A stretch of 64,000 nt of DNA, taken from Octopus vulgaris (Eukaryota). The notes beneath the pieces were generated by a model. That model did not search any database and was not told the DNA's origin. It saw nothing but the letters and a program-made list of their open reading frames with translations. The translations under genes were made by a program, and so were the position numbers. How positions within the stretch are numbered: the first letter of the stretch is position 1; every line of letters starts with the position of its first letter. Below, one piece after another: positions 1-11,848 of the stretch. The DNA lies in NCBI GenBank assembly GCA_951406725.2, contig OX597821.1, positions 40,176,001-40,240,000 of the forward strand, read 5' to 3'.

Positions 1-200
1 CTGTGTTTGTCCCCCCCAGCATCTCTTGACAACCGATGGTGGTGTGTTTACGTCCCTGTAACTTAGCGGTTTGGCAAAAGAGACCGATAGAATAAGTATT
101 AGGCTTCCAAAGAATAAGTCTTGGGGTCGATTTGGTTGACTAAAGACAGTGCTCCAGCATGGCCACAGTCAAATGACTGAAACAAGTAAAAGAGAGAAAG
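1..200 (+). mobile_element. 3' half of the abundant tRNA-derived SINE
   Basis: Matches the 3' half (tgacaaccgatg...gtaacttagcggtt...ccagcatggccacagtcaaatgactgaaacaagtaaaaga) of the full copies at 13395, 49516 and 61852. Confidence 0.85.
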
Positions 201-1209
201 AGACATATGTGTGCATGTGTATGTACACAAGAGTACATGCATGCGTGTGTGTGTGTGTGTATTTCAGTTTTGTAGTAAATATATTTCTATATTTTTTTGA
301 CTTTCTGCTCCCCCTTGGCACGTGCTTGTCTGGTGCATTTCTACTTATTGCGATGCATCTACAGATATTGTACAAAACATTAGACATAACTGTGGCCAGT
401 GTGTTGTCACTTCTATGTTATTTCAAAGGTGTTGAATCTAATTTCTCTTTTCTTTTTTAAGCTGTGTCCCACTGGACATAGTTTCTTTAGCTCATGTATA
501 TATTCCTGTCTGTGCCATTGATGTGTGTTGGCATTGGTGGTTGTGGTGGGAGTGAAACTTGGTCAGACTTTTACCAAAAGTGGATGTGAAAGGTAGGTTT
601 GGTAGAGTAATGTATATATTTCAGTTGGTGCTAACGTTCTTATGATTGGTTTGTGCTTGATATTTTGTACTGATGGTGGTGGTGGTGGTGGTGGTGGTTA
701 ATCTATTGATGTTTTCTTTTCTGTTTTTTTTTTCTTTCTGTAACATTAAGAAATGTCAAAATTGAATAATTTGCAGGTGTTTAAAAATATATTAGGAAAA
801 TAAAAGGTGATTTGAAAGAAAGAGGATTGGTTGTGAATAGAGAATAATGTGTGTGAATAAGGTGAAAATGGTTGAGAATATAAATCTAGTAAGCAGTTTT
901 TTTTTATCTTATACTTAAAGAACACTAAAGACAATGGCATTAATTCCAGTCCTTCATGGGTGCTTTATTTTATAAACTCTGACAGAATGAGGAGCAAGTT
1001 AACCATTGTAAGATATGAATTCAGAACATCTCTGATAAGCACAAGTGAGTGTAGACACAGTAGAGAGAGAAAGAGATGAGTCAGTATAGCTCTAACCCAG
1101 AAGTTGGTGAGCAACATCCTGTTAATAAGTTGGATGTCACCATTAGGCTAGAAACCTGAAAAATCACTTCATCCACATGGTAACTGAGCCAGTTTCTCAC
1201 AAACAAACT

Positions 1210-1355
1210 ATGTTTATTTCTGTGTTCCTTTCTGTCAAAGAGCATAGGCTCGAAATGTAAAAGACTTTCTCACTTCCTGAGCGTTAAACTAATACATCTG
1301 TTTGTTGTTTATACACCCATCTTCGTCTTTTGTTTTTTTGTAAATTCTCGCTATA
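1210..1355 (+). mobile_element. Short pLTR-like repeat with a variant hammerhead-like motif (family D, copy 1)
   Basis: Homologous to 10945-11157 and 61315-61521; reads cttt-CTGTCAAA-gagc atag gctc-GAAA-tgt-A-aaag at 1228-1263. Confidence 0.6.
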
Positions 1356-1369
1356 AATGTACACACCAC

Positions 1370-1912
1370 TGGTCACAATGCACTTCTAATTCTGTCTTGA
1401 TTGCATCATTCTATTCCGACTTAACCCAATCACTTTACTAAATCTTTTTCCCATCATTGTAGAGGCCTTCCAAGTGGTCTTTCTTGACCTCTTGGATACC
1501 TTCAGGAACGCATGGGTCCACATGCTATTTGTGAGCCTTGAAACATGGCCTCCCCAGTGGAATCATGTCGTTCACTTCAATTTGTTCTTGAATTATCAAA
1601 TTTCGAATGTTCTCATATAGATATTCCTAGCGTGGTTCTTTCCATGGCCCTTTCCATTACAGCCAATTGATGTTCTGCCCTCTACATAGTGGCCCTTGTC
1701 TCACTTGCATATAAGAACACAAGTAGAATGGTGCTATTGAAGAGCTTGGCAAAATTGGTTTTGTTTGTTTTGCCCTGAGAACATCCTTTATTGCGCCGAA
1801 ATATGTTGCTCTGAGAACATCCAAGTTTTGCTCTGAGAACATCCTTTATTGCACCGAAATATGGAAGCTGGAATCTCAAAAAGAATAACTGTAGGATGGA
1901 AGATGTTTAACT
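1370..1912 (-). mobile_element. Degenerate RTE-clade LINE fragment (C-terminal of RT), with internal duplications and a short inverted piece
   Basis: Minus strand reads AIKDVLRAK..AKLFNSTILLVFLYASET..AVMERAMERTTLGIS..HWGGHVSRLTNSMWTH..YPRGQERPLGRP with stops and frameshifts; 1863-1912 (+) reads EAGISKRITVGWKMFNS. Confidence 0.8.
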
Positions 1913-1927
1913 CAGTTTGTGTGTGTG

Positions 1928-2307
1928 TACATACATACATACATATATACATATATACATACATACATACATGCATACATGCATACATACATACATACAT
2001 ACACACATACATACATAGATATATACACACACCCTATTGTTGATGTTGAAATTCTAATGAAGAAGCTGTGGATCTAGGTTAGAAACCGATTCTTTCTCTA
2101 TTGACAAGAAATCTTGAAATAAACTGAATAATGACATACATACATTCATTCATCCATCCATCCATCCATCCATCTATACACACACATACACACACCCATA
2201 CATGCAAACACATACATACATACATAAAACATACATACATACATACATACACACACACATACATACATACATACATACATACATACATACATACATACAT
2301 ACATACA

Positions 2308-2338
<31 letters not shown>

Positions 2339-2353
2339 GTTCATACATACATA
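1928..2353. repeat. (ACAT)n-rich microsatellite cluster interrupted by a ~95 bp insert at 2035-2132
   Basis: Visible tetranucleotide repeats. Confidence 0.9.
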
Positions 2354-2896
2354 CAGCAAGAAATCAAGAAAAGTCTGGAATGTGAAAATTTCAAAATGGT
2401 TCAGACATAGATAGGCACAGTAATTTCTATGTAGAAAAGATAATTTCAGATCTTGTGAGCAAAATATTTTTATATCTATAATAGAAACAAAAAAAAAATA
2501 TAACAAGTTTAATAGCATATGGCTACAGACCAAGCTTCAGTTGCTAATTGAAGCTGTTGATAGACAGAATATAATTCGACTTTCAGACTCAATTAGCAAT
2601 ATAGTAATTGTTTTTGCTGTAATTTAGAGGTATCATTAGCATGAATGTTACTGTGGACATAAATTAGAAAATTTATGTAAAGATTAAATAATGCAGATTA
2701 ATATATATAAAAATAAAAACAAAAAATAATAAAATTAAGCTGAGTATTTTGACAAATCAACAGAATATTAATGTTTCATTAAATACTTTTCCGAACACCA
2801 GAAATGAAAATCACACAAATAATGTCTAGTGAGAGTTTAAGAAAACATTTGTTTTCCGCCAATGTCTTGTCAGGAGAAATTTACTCAAATAGGCTG

Positions 2897-2928
<32 letters not shown>

Positions 2929-2931
<3 letters not shown>

Positions 2932-3317
2932 TCATCATCATCATCGTTTAGCGTCCGTTTTCCATGCTAGCATGGGTTGGACGGTTCAACTGGGGTCTGT
3001 GAAGCCAGAAGGCTTCATCAGGCCCAGTCAAATCTGGCAGTGTTTCTACGGCTGGATGCCCTTCCTAATGCTAACCACTCCGAGAGTGTAGTGGGTGCTT
3101 TTTACGTGCCACCCACACAGGTGCCAGACAGAGCTGGCAAACGGCCACGAACGGATGGTGCTTTTTATGTGCCACCGGCACGAGGGCCAGGCGAGGCTGG
3201 CAACGGACATGAAACGGGGCGGTGCTGGCAACGGTCGCGAAACGGAAGGTTCTCTTACATGCCACCGGCACTGGTAACACATCTGCAATTTCCATTGATC
3301 GATTTCGATTCTGATAC

Positions 3318-3318
<1 letters not shown>
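2929..3318 (-). mobile_element. RTE LINE 3'UTR fragment with (GAT)n tail
   Basis: Same sequence as the 3'UTR contiguous with the RTE ORF at 52027-52320; internal ~50 bp tandem units. Confidence 0.85.
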
Positions 3319-3404
<86 letters not shown>

Positions 3405-4054
3405 ATATATATCATCATCTTCATCATCATTTAATTGGATGATTTGACTGAGGATTGGCGAACCAGATGGCCACACCAGGCTTCAATCTGATCATACTAG
3501 CTGGCTCTGTGATGTCAAAAATGATGGCTAATTGTAGTATTTTATAAATAAAAATAATGGTACATAATAATCGCACATACAAACATTCACATACTTTCCT
3601 TGTACACTCACACACATACACACATATACTCACACAGATTTGAAATGCTGTTTGATTTCCATCATCCCACTACCAATTTTGCCATCACCCCTTCCTTCCT
3701 TATTCATCTATCACCCCTTCCTTTCTCATTCACATGTAGTGATTGAGAAAAATGCAAGAGTCTTATTATAGTAGAAGATTTATTGACATAGATATATAAC
3801 CTCCAGCCTGGTTTTTGTTTCAATCTTACTATGGGTGAGTATTTTCCACTGTTGTCCTACGCTGGCCAAAAGTTTGTGAGGGCATTTAATACACAGAAAC
3901 AGAAAGACACCAGTCGTGTGTGTGTAAGACAATGTATAAGTAATGGTCGTTACATATTTTTCTTTATTGTAGTAAATTTGGCTTACAGCTGTTTCCAGTG
4001 TTCATTATATAAGTTCATTACTGATAGGATTACTCAGTCAGTCCATTGAATAGT

Positions 4055-4460
4055 TGGGAAAAATTAAATGACCTGGCATTCAAAGTTACCCCAACCGCAG
4101 AACGGGGCACCACTGCATGGTGCCAAAGATTCCAGCATCACCATCAAAATACAGGTCCAGATACTGTAGCAACTTGGGTTTCAGAGGACCACAGCTCTTT
4201 AACATCCTCCCTAAATGCCTGAGAGACTTACATGGTGTGGATGTGGGTTTCTTTAAAACTAAACTGGATCTCTTCTTGTTGGGAGTCCCAGATGAACCTA
4301 CCTCACGACAGGAGACGCAGATGCGGGCAGCAGCATCGAACTCCCTTGTTGATCAAATGCCACGTATCAGAGGTGGATTCACATATTAGTGTAGCTCATT
4401 CAGCGGTGGTGCCCCAGCATGGCCATGGCCTTTGGGCTAAAACATTTTTAAGGATTTAAG
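4055..4460 (+). mobile_element. CR1/L2-group LINE 3' end
   Basis: ORF 4117-4389 LGFRGPQLFNILPKCLRDLHGVDVGFFKTKLDLFLLGVPDEP resembles the CR1-group ORF2 C-terminus; a related copy lies at 23740-24030. Confidence 0.75.
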
Positions 4461-4545
4461 GAGATAGATAATACAGCAAAAGTATAAAATGGCAGTCTCA
4501 AGTTATCAAATCAATTTATAACATATGTATATATATATATATATA

Positions 4546-5110
4546 CGAGCAAAACGCCCCCTCCCCCCGTCCAATGGACAGTGCTGAGTTGTCAAACATT
4601 TAAACCAAATTTTCTCAAAAAAACTTGTCCGACTGTCCCATAGGTTTCCCCTTTTAGAAACACTGATTTAACCTAAATTTGAGACACCAGCAAAACAAGA
4701 AATAAAGATAGACTTTTTTTCTATTCCAAAGAAAAACGATTTTATTCACACAAATATGCAACCAAAGAGTTTAAAGTACAAGTAATGATAAGGCTGTTGA
4801 CTGGAAGAACACAAACATGGTTTAAACAGTAAGCTTGGCAGGAAAGTAACGTGCCTTTAAGCAGTACAAAAACAACAAAAAATGGAAGGTGCAGTTATGT
4901 ACAGGTTGACGGAAGAAAAGCAGGACAAAAACGGCTTTATTGATTGCATTCTCACCTGGAATTGATTTTTGTAATTTTTTCAAGACTTATACACACCCTG
5001 ATACTGTCGGTCTCTGCATATCAAATTTGAGTGCAATCAGATGGAGGATGCCCGAAATCCTAGAAGACACACAGACAGACAGACAGACAGAGCAGATTTT
5101 ACATAATAGA
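4546..5110 (-). mobile_element. Non-autonomous Helitron-like element (Lep1-type architecture)
   Basis: Minus strand starts A|TCTATTATGTAAAA followed by (CTGT)n and ends with a GC-rich subterminal hairpin (ctgtcc-att-ggacgg) and CTCG|T (CTAG-like); no TSD. Confidence 0.6.
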
Positions 5111-5684
5111 TATATATAGTAGGTAAACAGGAACAGCTTGGAATGTAAAAAGTCATTATTGGTTGGGATATAGATAGGCATACTCCAGAATGAAGTAGAA
5201 AAGAAGTGCACAGTGTTGATGTGACTTAGATAAGGAAGTAAAATCAATAGCGTTGCTGATGAAAACTTGTCATTGATGGGAAAAAAAGTGAGTAGGTTGT
5301 ACTTTACAGCTGTTTCTAATAGAGTTGCATATTTGATGCAGATCTGTGCATACTGTCTGCAGCACAAAAGGTTACATGCAACTCACCTCATCAGAAGAAG
5401 GTGGTTTGTAGCAGCAGGGAAAGTAGACTGTCTGAATAGAGAGGTAGTACTATCAATGGTCCAATCAACCAAGTTTCTAATCTTCAATGAGAGATGTGTC
5501 AGGCATTAGGGAACTATCACATTCTTTAAGAAAAAGTAAAAGTTGATAGCAGAAAACTCTGCCACAGTATCCTCTCTTCTCACTATGCCAGCATGGAAAA
5601 GCAAACATTAAAATAATGATCAGGATGATATAGTTATATATACATGCATACATACATACATATATATATATACCTGTGGAACGA

Positions 5685-5760
5685 TCACACTGACGAGCCT
5701 ACGGACAATTGGATTACATAAGTGATTCATTTGTTAATAGGTGAAACTGCCGGTCTGTGA
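5685..5760 (+). ncRNA. Type I hammerhead ribozyme, canonical core
   Basis: Stem I tcaca/tgtga; CTGACGA 5690-5696; stem II gccta/taggt with a long loop; GAAA 5743-5746; stem III act-gcc-ggt; GUC cleavage after 5755; within a ~250 bp insert (5672-5920) between (TA)n tracts. Confidence 0.8.
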
Positions 5761-5973
5761 GTAATTCTGGTTTTTTATATAATTTTCATCTGTCTTGCCC
5801 GCATATTGTTCTGGTGTCCGCTGAATTTTCCTCTAGAGAACATTCTTTTCTTTGTAGTTTGATCGTAGGTGATCTACTTCTAACATATGGCTGACCACCT
5901 AGTGGTTTTTGTCCTTTAAATATACATATATATATATATATATATATACATACATATATATATATATATATGT

Positions 5974-6028
<55 letters not shown>

Positions 6029-6798
6029 ATATTAACTCCTGTTCAATTTTTCTCTTCACAAACATACTCCTAACTGCATATAAGAAAGAAACTGCTATTT
6101 TTTTTTTTAGTTTATATTTCCATTGCTATGATTAATTTTATTTAGCATCAGTTTAGTTTGATCATGAAAAATACTGTGCACCATTGTCTCTTCTATTAAG
6201 CCAGCTGTTATTAAAACAAACGGTTATGAGATCAAAGCTTACCACAGTCATTGAGTTTATGTTCCTGGATAAAAAAATAAAAGAAAAACAATAACTATTC
6301 TCCTTGCTTGAATTTGCCTGTGAAAAGGAAGCGATTTATCTTGCATCTGCTTTATGTCATAAAACCAGACACAGCCTGCAGCCATTGTAAGACTTTTAGA
6401 AGCTCTGAAAATATTTAATTATTTATTGCAGAAACTACCCAGAGACCAATGACTGATTCTGTTTGTGTTAAACAGTCTCTATTACTCTCAGTGTAAAAGA
6501 CAATAAGTCAGGTGTAAGTAGTGTCACACTAAATTTGTGGCATTTAGTTACATTATTCTACCTTTTGAAATTATATCTTACCTCAGTTTGTATTTCATCC
6601 TTTCTGTTTCAGAAAATAGCAGACATTTTTTTTTCTTTATCTTGGAAAATGGTTTGGCTGGAGGAAGTGGCAGTGTCCAGAACTATCATATGTGCTTTGA
6701 GGCCAGTGAGACGAACAGGGTCAATGTCTCGAGATCAGTGAAACAAATAGGGTTTAATGTCCTGCTTCAACAGCTACAAATTGGTTGATGTGAGAAAA

Positions 6799-6799
6799 A

Positions 6800-6835
<36 letters not shown>

Positions 6836-7290
6836 TTAATGTCTGCTTTCCATGCTAGCATGGGTTGGACGATTTGACTGAGGTCTGGCAAACCAGATTC
6901 CAGTCTGGTCTGGCAGAGTTTCTCCAGCTGGATGCCATTCCTAACGCCAACCACTCCGAGAGTGTAGAGGGTGCTTTTACATGCCACCGGCATGAGGACC
7001 AGTTTGGTGGTACTGGCAACGGCCACGTCCAAATGGTGCTTTCTATGTGCCACCTGCACAGGAGCCAGTCCAGTGGCACTGGCAACGACCTCGCTCGAAT
7101 GTTTCACGTGCCACCAGCACAAGTGCTAGTAAGGTGACATGGTAATGATCACGCTCGAATGGTGTGTTTAACGTGCCATCAGCACAAAGGCCAGTTTGTT
7201 GCTCTGGCAATGATCTCACTCATATGGTACTCTTAGCGCTCCACTAGCAACGGATGCCAGTCACCGAGTTTGATTTCGACTTCGATGGAT
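6799..7290 (-). mobile_element. RTE LINE 3'UTR fragment with (GAT)n tail
   Basis: Homologous to 52027-52320; about five tandem ~50 bp units. Confidence 0.85.
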
Positions 7291-7456
7291 GGAAAAAGTA
7301 CTGTGGAGATGACATGATGTTCTGAAAGGAAGAAGTAGGCGTAGTGATTAGTATAAGGCCTGAGGGGTGTGAGGGGAGGTAGAACAAACTTCATTAGCTC
7401 TGTGAAGCAGTGGCCACAATAATTGTAATAGAACAGAGTGAAAAGATAAAACATTT

Positions 7457-7750
7457 CATCATCATCATCATCATCATCATCGTTTAACGTCCGTTTTCCA
7501 TGCTGGCATGGGTTGGATGGTTCGACAGGGGTCTGTGAAGCCAGGAGGCTGCACCAGGCTCCAGTCTGGTTTGGCAGAGTTTCTATGGCTGGATGCCCTT
7601 CCTAATGCCAACCACTCCATGAGTGTAGTGGGTGCTTTTTACGTGCCACTAGCACAGGGGCCAGATGAGGCTAGCAACGGCCACAATTGGTTGGTGCTTT
7701 TATGTGTCACCAACATGGACACCAGTCAGGCGGTGCTGGCAACTGCCAAG
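7457..7750 (-). mobile_element. RTE LINE 3'UTR fragment
   Basis: (cat)n-cgtttaacgtccgttttccatgctggcatgggttgg signature. Confidence 0.85.
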
Positions 7751-9712
7751 TTCGGAAAATTCCACAAATGTCAGTAAATCTAATTAATTAAAGACAAACA
7801 ACTTTATGCCAAACTGATGCAGGCCACAATGTCTGCATGTGTAATAACTGTGCTGTTCCAGATATGAAAGCAAACTTTGGTGGATTCTAATGACCAAACT
7901 CCTTTAAAACAAATTTATAATATAATATAAATTCCACCTGAGCCACAATGTATTTGTGAGGGATTGCCCTACATTTACTGATAAAAGCAAAAGAGAGAAA
8001 AAGCTTACATTGTATAGGGTTCTAGTCTTTTGATCGTACCATGCAACATGATCCAGTATCTATTCTTAGGGGAGGTGAGACATCTGTGCAGAAATTTGGA
8101 AATAACAAGAAAACACAAGAACATTTGAACTCAAAACTTTGATACCTTATGCATTTTGCATTCTATCACATCCTTTATAAACATTTGCTTTTGTGCCAAT
8201 ACAAGAAACCTTTCTTTCAGTTGTGTTAGGTTTATTTTTGGCTTCTAAATTACATTCCTAAAACAGCCACAATGGATATTGAATAATCAATGAGAAATAT
8301 TTTTAATGGAATTACAGAATAACAAATAATTTCTGCATTAAAATCTAACATATTCTCTTCTAGTATACAGACTTCCTTGATCACATACATATTAAAGTTA
8401 GAGATATCTATTATGACATATGCATATGTGCAATCTTAGAATGATTTCAATTCAATTCAAATATATCTATAATATAGCTTCAAATTGCTGATAATTTTTC
8501 TAATCGACTTCTATATTTTGCTGTATTACTTTGTTGAAGAAGGTCAAACAACATTTAACCTTAGATGTTTTATGGAGTCAATGTTTGCGGCCTTTTAATC
8601 TGAAGGCATGATTTTTCTTATATTGTTTATGAAGAAAGAAATTTACTAAACAGTCTGTCAATTTGCATCTGTAGAGTTGTGAAGCTGATCAATTAGAAAA
8701 CTAAAGTTGCTACAGAATAAGCATTAGCATCGACTTCATCACAAATAGTAAATAAGGAATTATGATAGTTTTTCTTCTCTCTCCCATCCACCATCTTGAA
8801 GTTGAAAGGTCATCAATTTAGCTAGACTCTCATCATTCATAAATCAAAGAACAGTCAAATGGACACAGAATATTTGTGTCTGAGTAAATTCCTTATTGAT
8901 TACATATATGAAGCAGACACTATCATTAACCATTGTGGATTATGTTCAGCAACGTTTTTACAAGTACATTCAAATTTATGCTTCGATATCTGTCAGTTCA
9001 ATTTAGTTTCTATTTTAGCCTCTGGTAATTATACTTCTCTATTTTTTAGTTGAGATATTGCCTTCAATCAATAATTCAGTTTTCAGACTGTTATCATCAC
9101 TTTTTCCTTTTCATTACTCTTATTGATGTTGTATATCATTTTTCTTTTTTTTGCTAACATTACAATCAATATATTATTTTACTGTCTATAGGTGCCAGGT
9201 TGTATATCTTTGAAGGGAGAAGAATGAAGAAAAGTTTAACTGTATAATAACCATCAATATGCAAAGTTGGCATATGGAGAAAATAGGTTGGAGAAAATAC
9301 AGTGGGTGTGCATAAATACAATGATGCAAACAATAGTGATCTGGTTCAAGTCCAGGTAGTCTGGTGTTCTTTTAGAATCTCCAATTGGTAATTCAAAAAC
9401 AAAAACAAGAAGGTATAATACTTTAATTCTATTGAAATGTTCTGTCTTTGTTTCATTAAATATTTAAAATAATGGAGAATTTAATAAAATAACTCAATAT
9501 TGTTTGAAATATTAAACTAAGATGAAATTTGATTGGAAGATTGAACCAGAAGCATTCTTGGGAAAGTTAATAGTAAAAGGATTAATATATTTGCTTGAAA
9601 AGTCTTAAATTTTTATTTTTCTGTCTTTTTCAGAGCACAAACCATTCCTCCAAGAGTTTGGACCCTATCAAACCATCAAACCCTTGCCTGATGGATATAT
9701 GAATTTTAAATG

Positions 9713-9761
<49 letters not shown>

Positions 9762-9794
9762 AGTGTATTACACACACACATACAATATACATAT

Positions 9795-10850
9795 ATCATC
9801 ATCATCACCACCACCATTTTTTAATGTCTATTTTCCATCCTGGCATGGGTTAGACAATTTGACAGGAGCTGTCCAGATTCCAGTTGTCTGTTATGGCATG
9901 TTTCTATAACTGGATGCCCTTCCTAACATGCCAACCACTTTACAGAGTGTGCTAAGTGCTTTTTAATGTGCCACTGTGATGGGTGCATTTACACAGCACC
10001 TGCATGAGTGCATTATATGTGGCACCAGCCCATGTAAAGGAAAAGCCTGTATGTATGGATGGTAGTGACTTTACTTAGCTTGATGTGTTTTCTCAAGTAC
10101 AGCAAATCACCAAAATACCTGGTCCTTTGACATCTCCTCAGTGAGGCCCAGTGTCCAAAGATCCTTTCTTACCATTTCATCCCTTGTCTTCCTGTGTCTA
10201 TCCCTTCCACAGTCAGAGTTCGGCACTTCTTTACACAGCTGTCTTCATCCATAGGCATCATCTCATGACCAAACCAGCACAGTCTTCTCTCTTGCCCACA
10301 ACGTCTGATGCCTCTTCTACCCAGTTCTCCTCTTAAATCATTTCCGCTCTGTTGTGCATGCACACTGGCGTTACCATTCAGCAGAGCATGCTAGCTTCAT
10401 TTCTTTCAAGCTTTCACAATTCCTCAGCAGTCGAAGTCCATGTTTCACTGCCATGTAACATAGCTGTACGTACATGGCCATCATACAATGTGCCTTTCTC
10501 TCTGAGGGAGCGGCCCTTAGTTACCAACAAAGGTAGAAGCTCTCTGAACTTTGCCTAGTCCATTCTTATTCTAGCAACTACACATTCAGAATTCCCTCCT
10601 CCACTGCTAACTTGGTCTCCTAGGTCACAGAAGCTATTTACTACTTCTAATGATCCCACCAACCATTTGAGGGAGTCTTTCGTCTGCATTTCTAGTGTAT
10701 ATTGTGCCCACACATTTACCACACACAAAGATTATTTTCTCTGTTAACCTTCCTCTGATACTGCTACACCTCTTACGGGTGCAAAGCTTGCACTGGGTAC
10801 AATGCATGGAAATTCTACCAACACCCTCCTTACATATTGAGCGGGGCTAT
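9795..10850 (-). mobile_element. Degenerate RTE LINE: ORF C-terminus plus 3'UTR
   Basis: Minus strand GIRRCGQERRLCWFGH..DEDSCVKKCRTLTVEG aligns with the 52321-53301 protein; PHD-like region near 10700-10850; tail at 9795. Confidence 0.85.
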
Positions 10851-10944
10851 CTCATACATATATGCATATACACACATACAAACATACATACATACAAACA
10901 TGCATACATACATACATACATACATACATACATACATACAGACA

Positions 10945-11156
10945 TATTTGCCATGATAGATTGGTAGCCACTACACACATTTTTTTCTCTCCTTATTTCT
11001 CTCCTTTTTTTTTTTTTACTGTGTCCCTTTCTGTAGAAGAGCGTAGGCTCGAAACATAAAAGACTTATTCAATTCCTGAACATTATACTAATACATCTGT
11101 TTGTTTTGTACACCACCTGTCTTCATCTTTTGTTTTTTTTTGTGAACTCCCCCTGT

Positions 11157-11157
<1 letters not shown>
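10945..11157 (+). mobile_element. Short pLTR-like repeat with a variant hammerhead-like motif (family D, copy 2)
   Basis: cttt-CTGTAGAA-gagc gtag gctc-GAAA-cat-A-aaag at 11027-11062; flanked by (ACAT)n and (TA)n. Confidence 0.65.
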
Positions 11158-11202
<45 letters not shown>

Positions 11203-11410
11203 AAATAGAAAGATGAATTTTCTTGTTACAGATTATTCAAAAGTTTAACCGATACCTGGGTAGCAAAAATCACAGCAGAAAATACACGGCTGGAGATAAG
11301 ACCATTAGGTGTTGCAACCGTGCGTTGGTGCGGATAATTGATGTTTAATATTATTATTGAATGGAAGAAATGGAGTTGAACGAAGATTGTACAGAATTCC
11401 TTTTATTACA

Positions 11411-11490
11411 TTCTACACATGTTTCAAAGGCCACAAATTTCCAAATTCTGATTAAAGAAGGGTCCCATATTGTGGCTTTCTCATCAGGAA
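11411..11490 (-). ncRNA. Type I hammerhead ribozyme (left arm copy)
   Basis: Reverse complement of the 11677-11756 motif; core intact. Confidence 0.75.
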
Positions 11491-11676
11491 AAAACAGGAA
11501 TTCCGTTGACAGAACAAAACAGAACAGAGGCGCAGCAATTCGAACGAGGAGGCTCTTTAAGAGCCCATGGCTGAACCATGGGCTCTTAAAGTTCAGCCAT
11601 GGGCTCTTAAAGAGCCTCCTCGTTCGAATTGCTGCGCCTCTGTTCTGTTTTGTTCTGTCAACGGAATTCCTGTTTT

Positions 11677-11756
11677 TTCCTGATGAGAAAGCCACAATAT
11701 GGTACCCTTATTTAATCAGAATTTGGAAATGTGTGGCCTTTGAAACATGTGTAGAA
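11677..11756 (+). ncRNA. Type I hammerhead ribozyme (minimal stem III, Penelope-type)
   Basis: Stem I ttc/gaa; CTGATGA 11680-11686; stem II gaaagccaca/tgtggccttt; GAAA 11742-11745; ACATGTGT self-complementary stem III; GUA cleavage after 11753. Confidence 0.75.
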
Positions 11757-11807
11757 TGTAATAAAAGGAATTCTGTACAATCTTCGTTCAACTCCATTTC
11801 TTCCATT

Positions 11808-11848
<41 letters not shown>

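Larger units (their letters stand above)
11197..11815. mobile_element. Fold-back Penelope pLTR-like insertion: 225 bp inverted arms plus a ~155 bp one-sided extension
   Basis: 11352-11576 is the reverse complement of 11591-11815 with 3 mismatches and a 14 nt spacer; each arm carries an HHR; (TA)n on both sides. Confidence 0.8.

Noticed and set aside
1788-2533. Many ORFs rich in YIHT/MYVC/HTHT/YIYI here and throughout the window
   Set aside because: Translations of (ACAT)n, (CA)n and (TA)n microsatellites, not genes
11354-11813. Two near-identical ORFs on opposite strands (150 and 113 aa)
   Set aside because: Consequence of the palindrome; no domain recognisable
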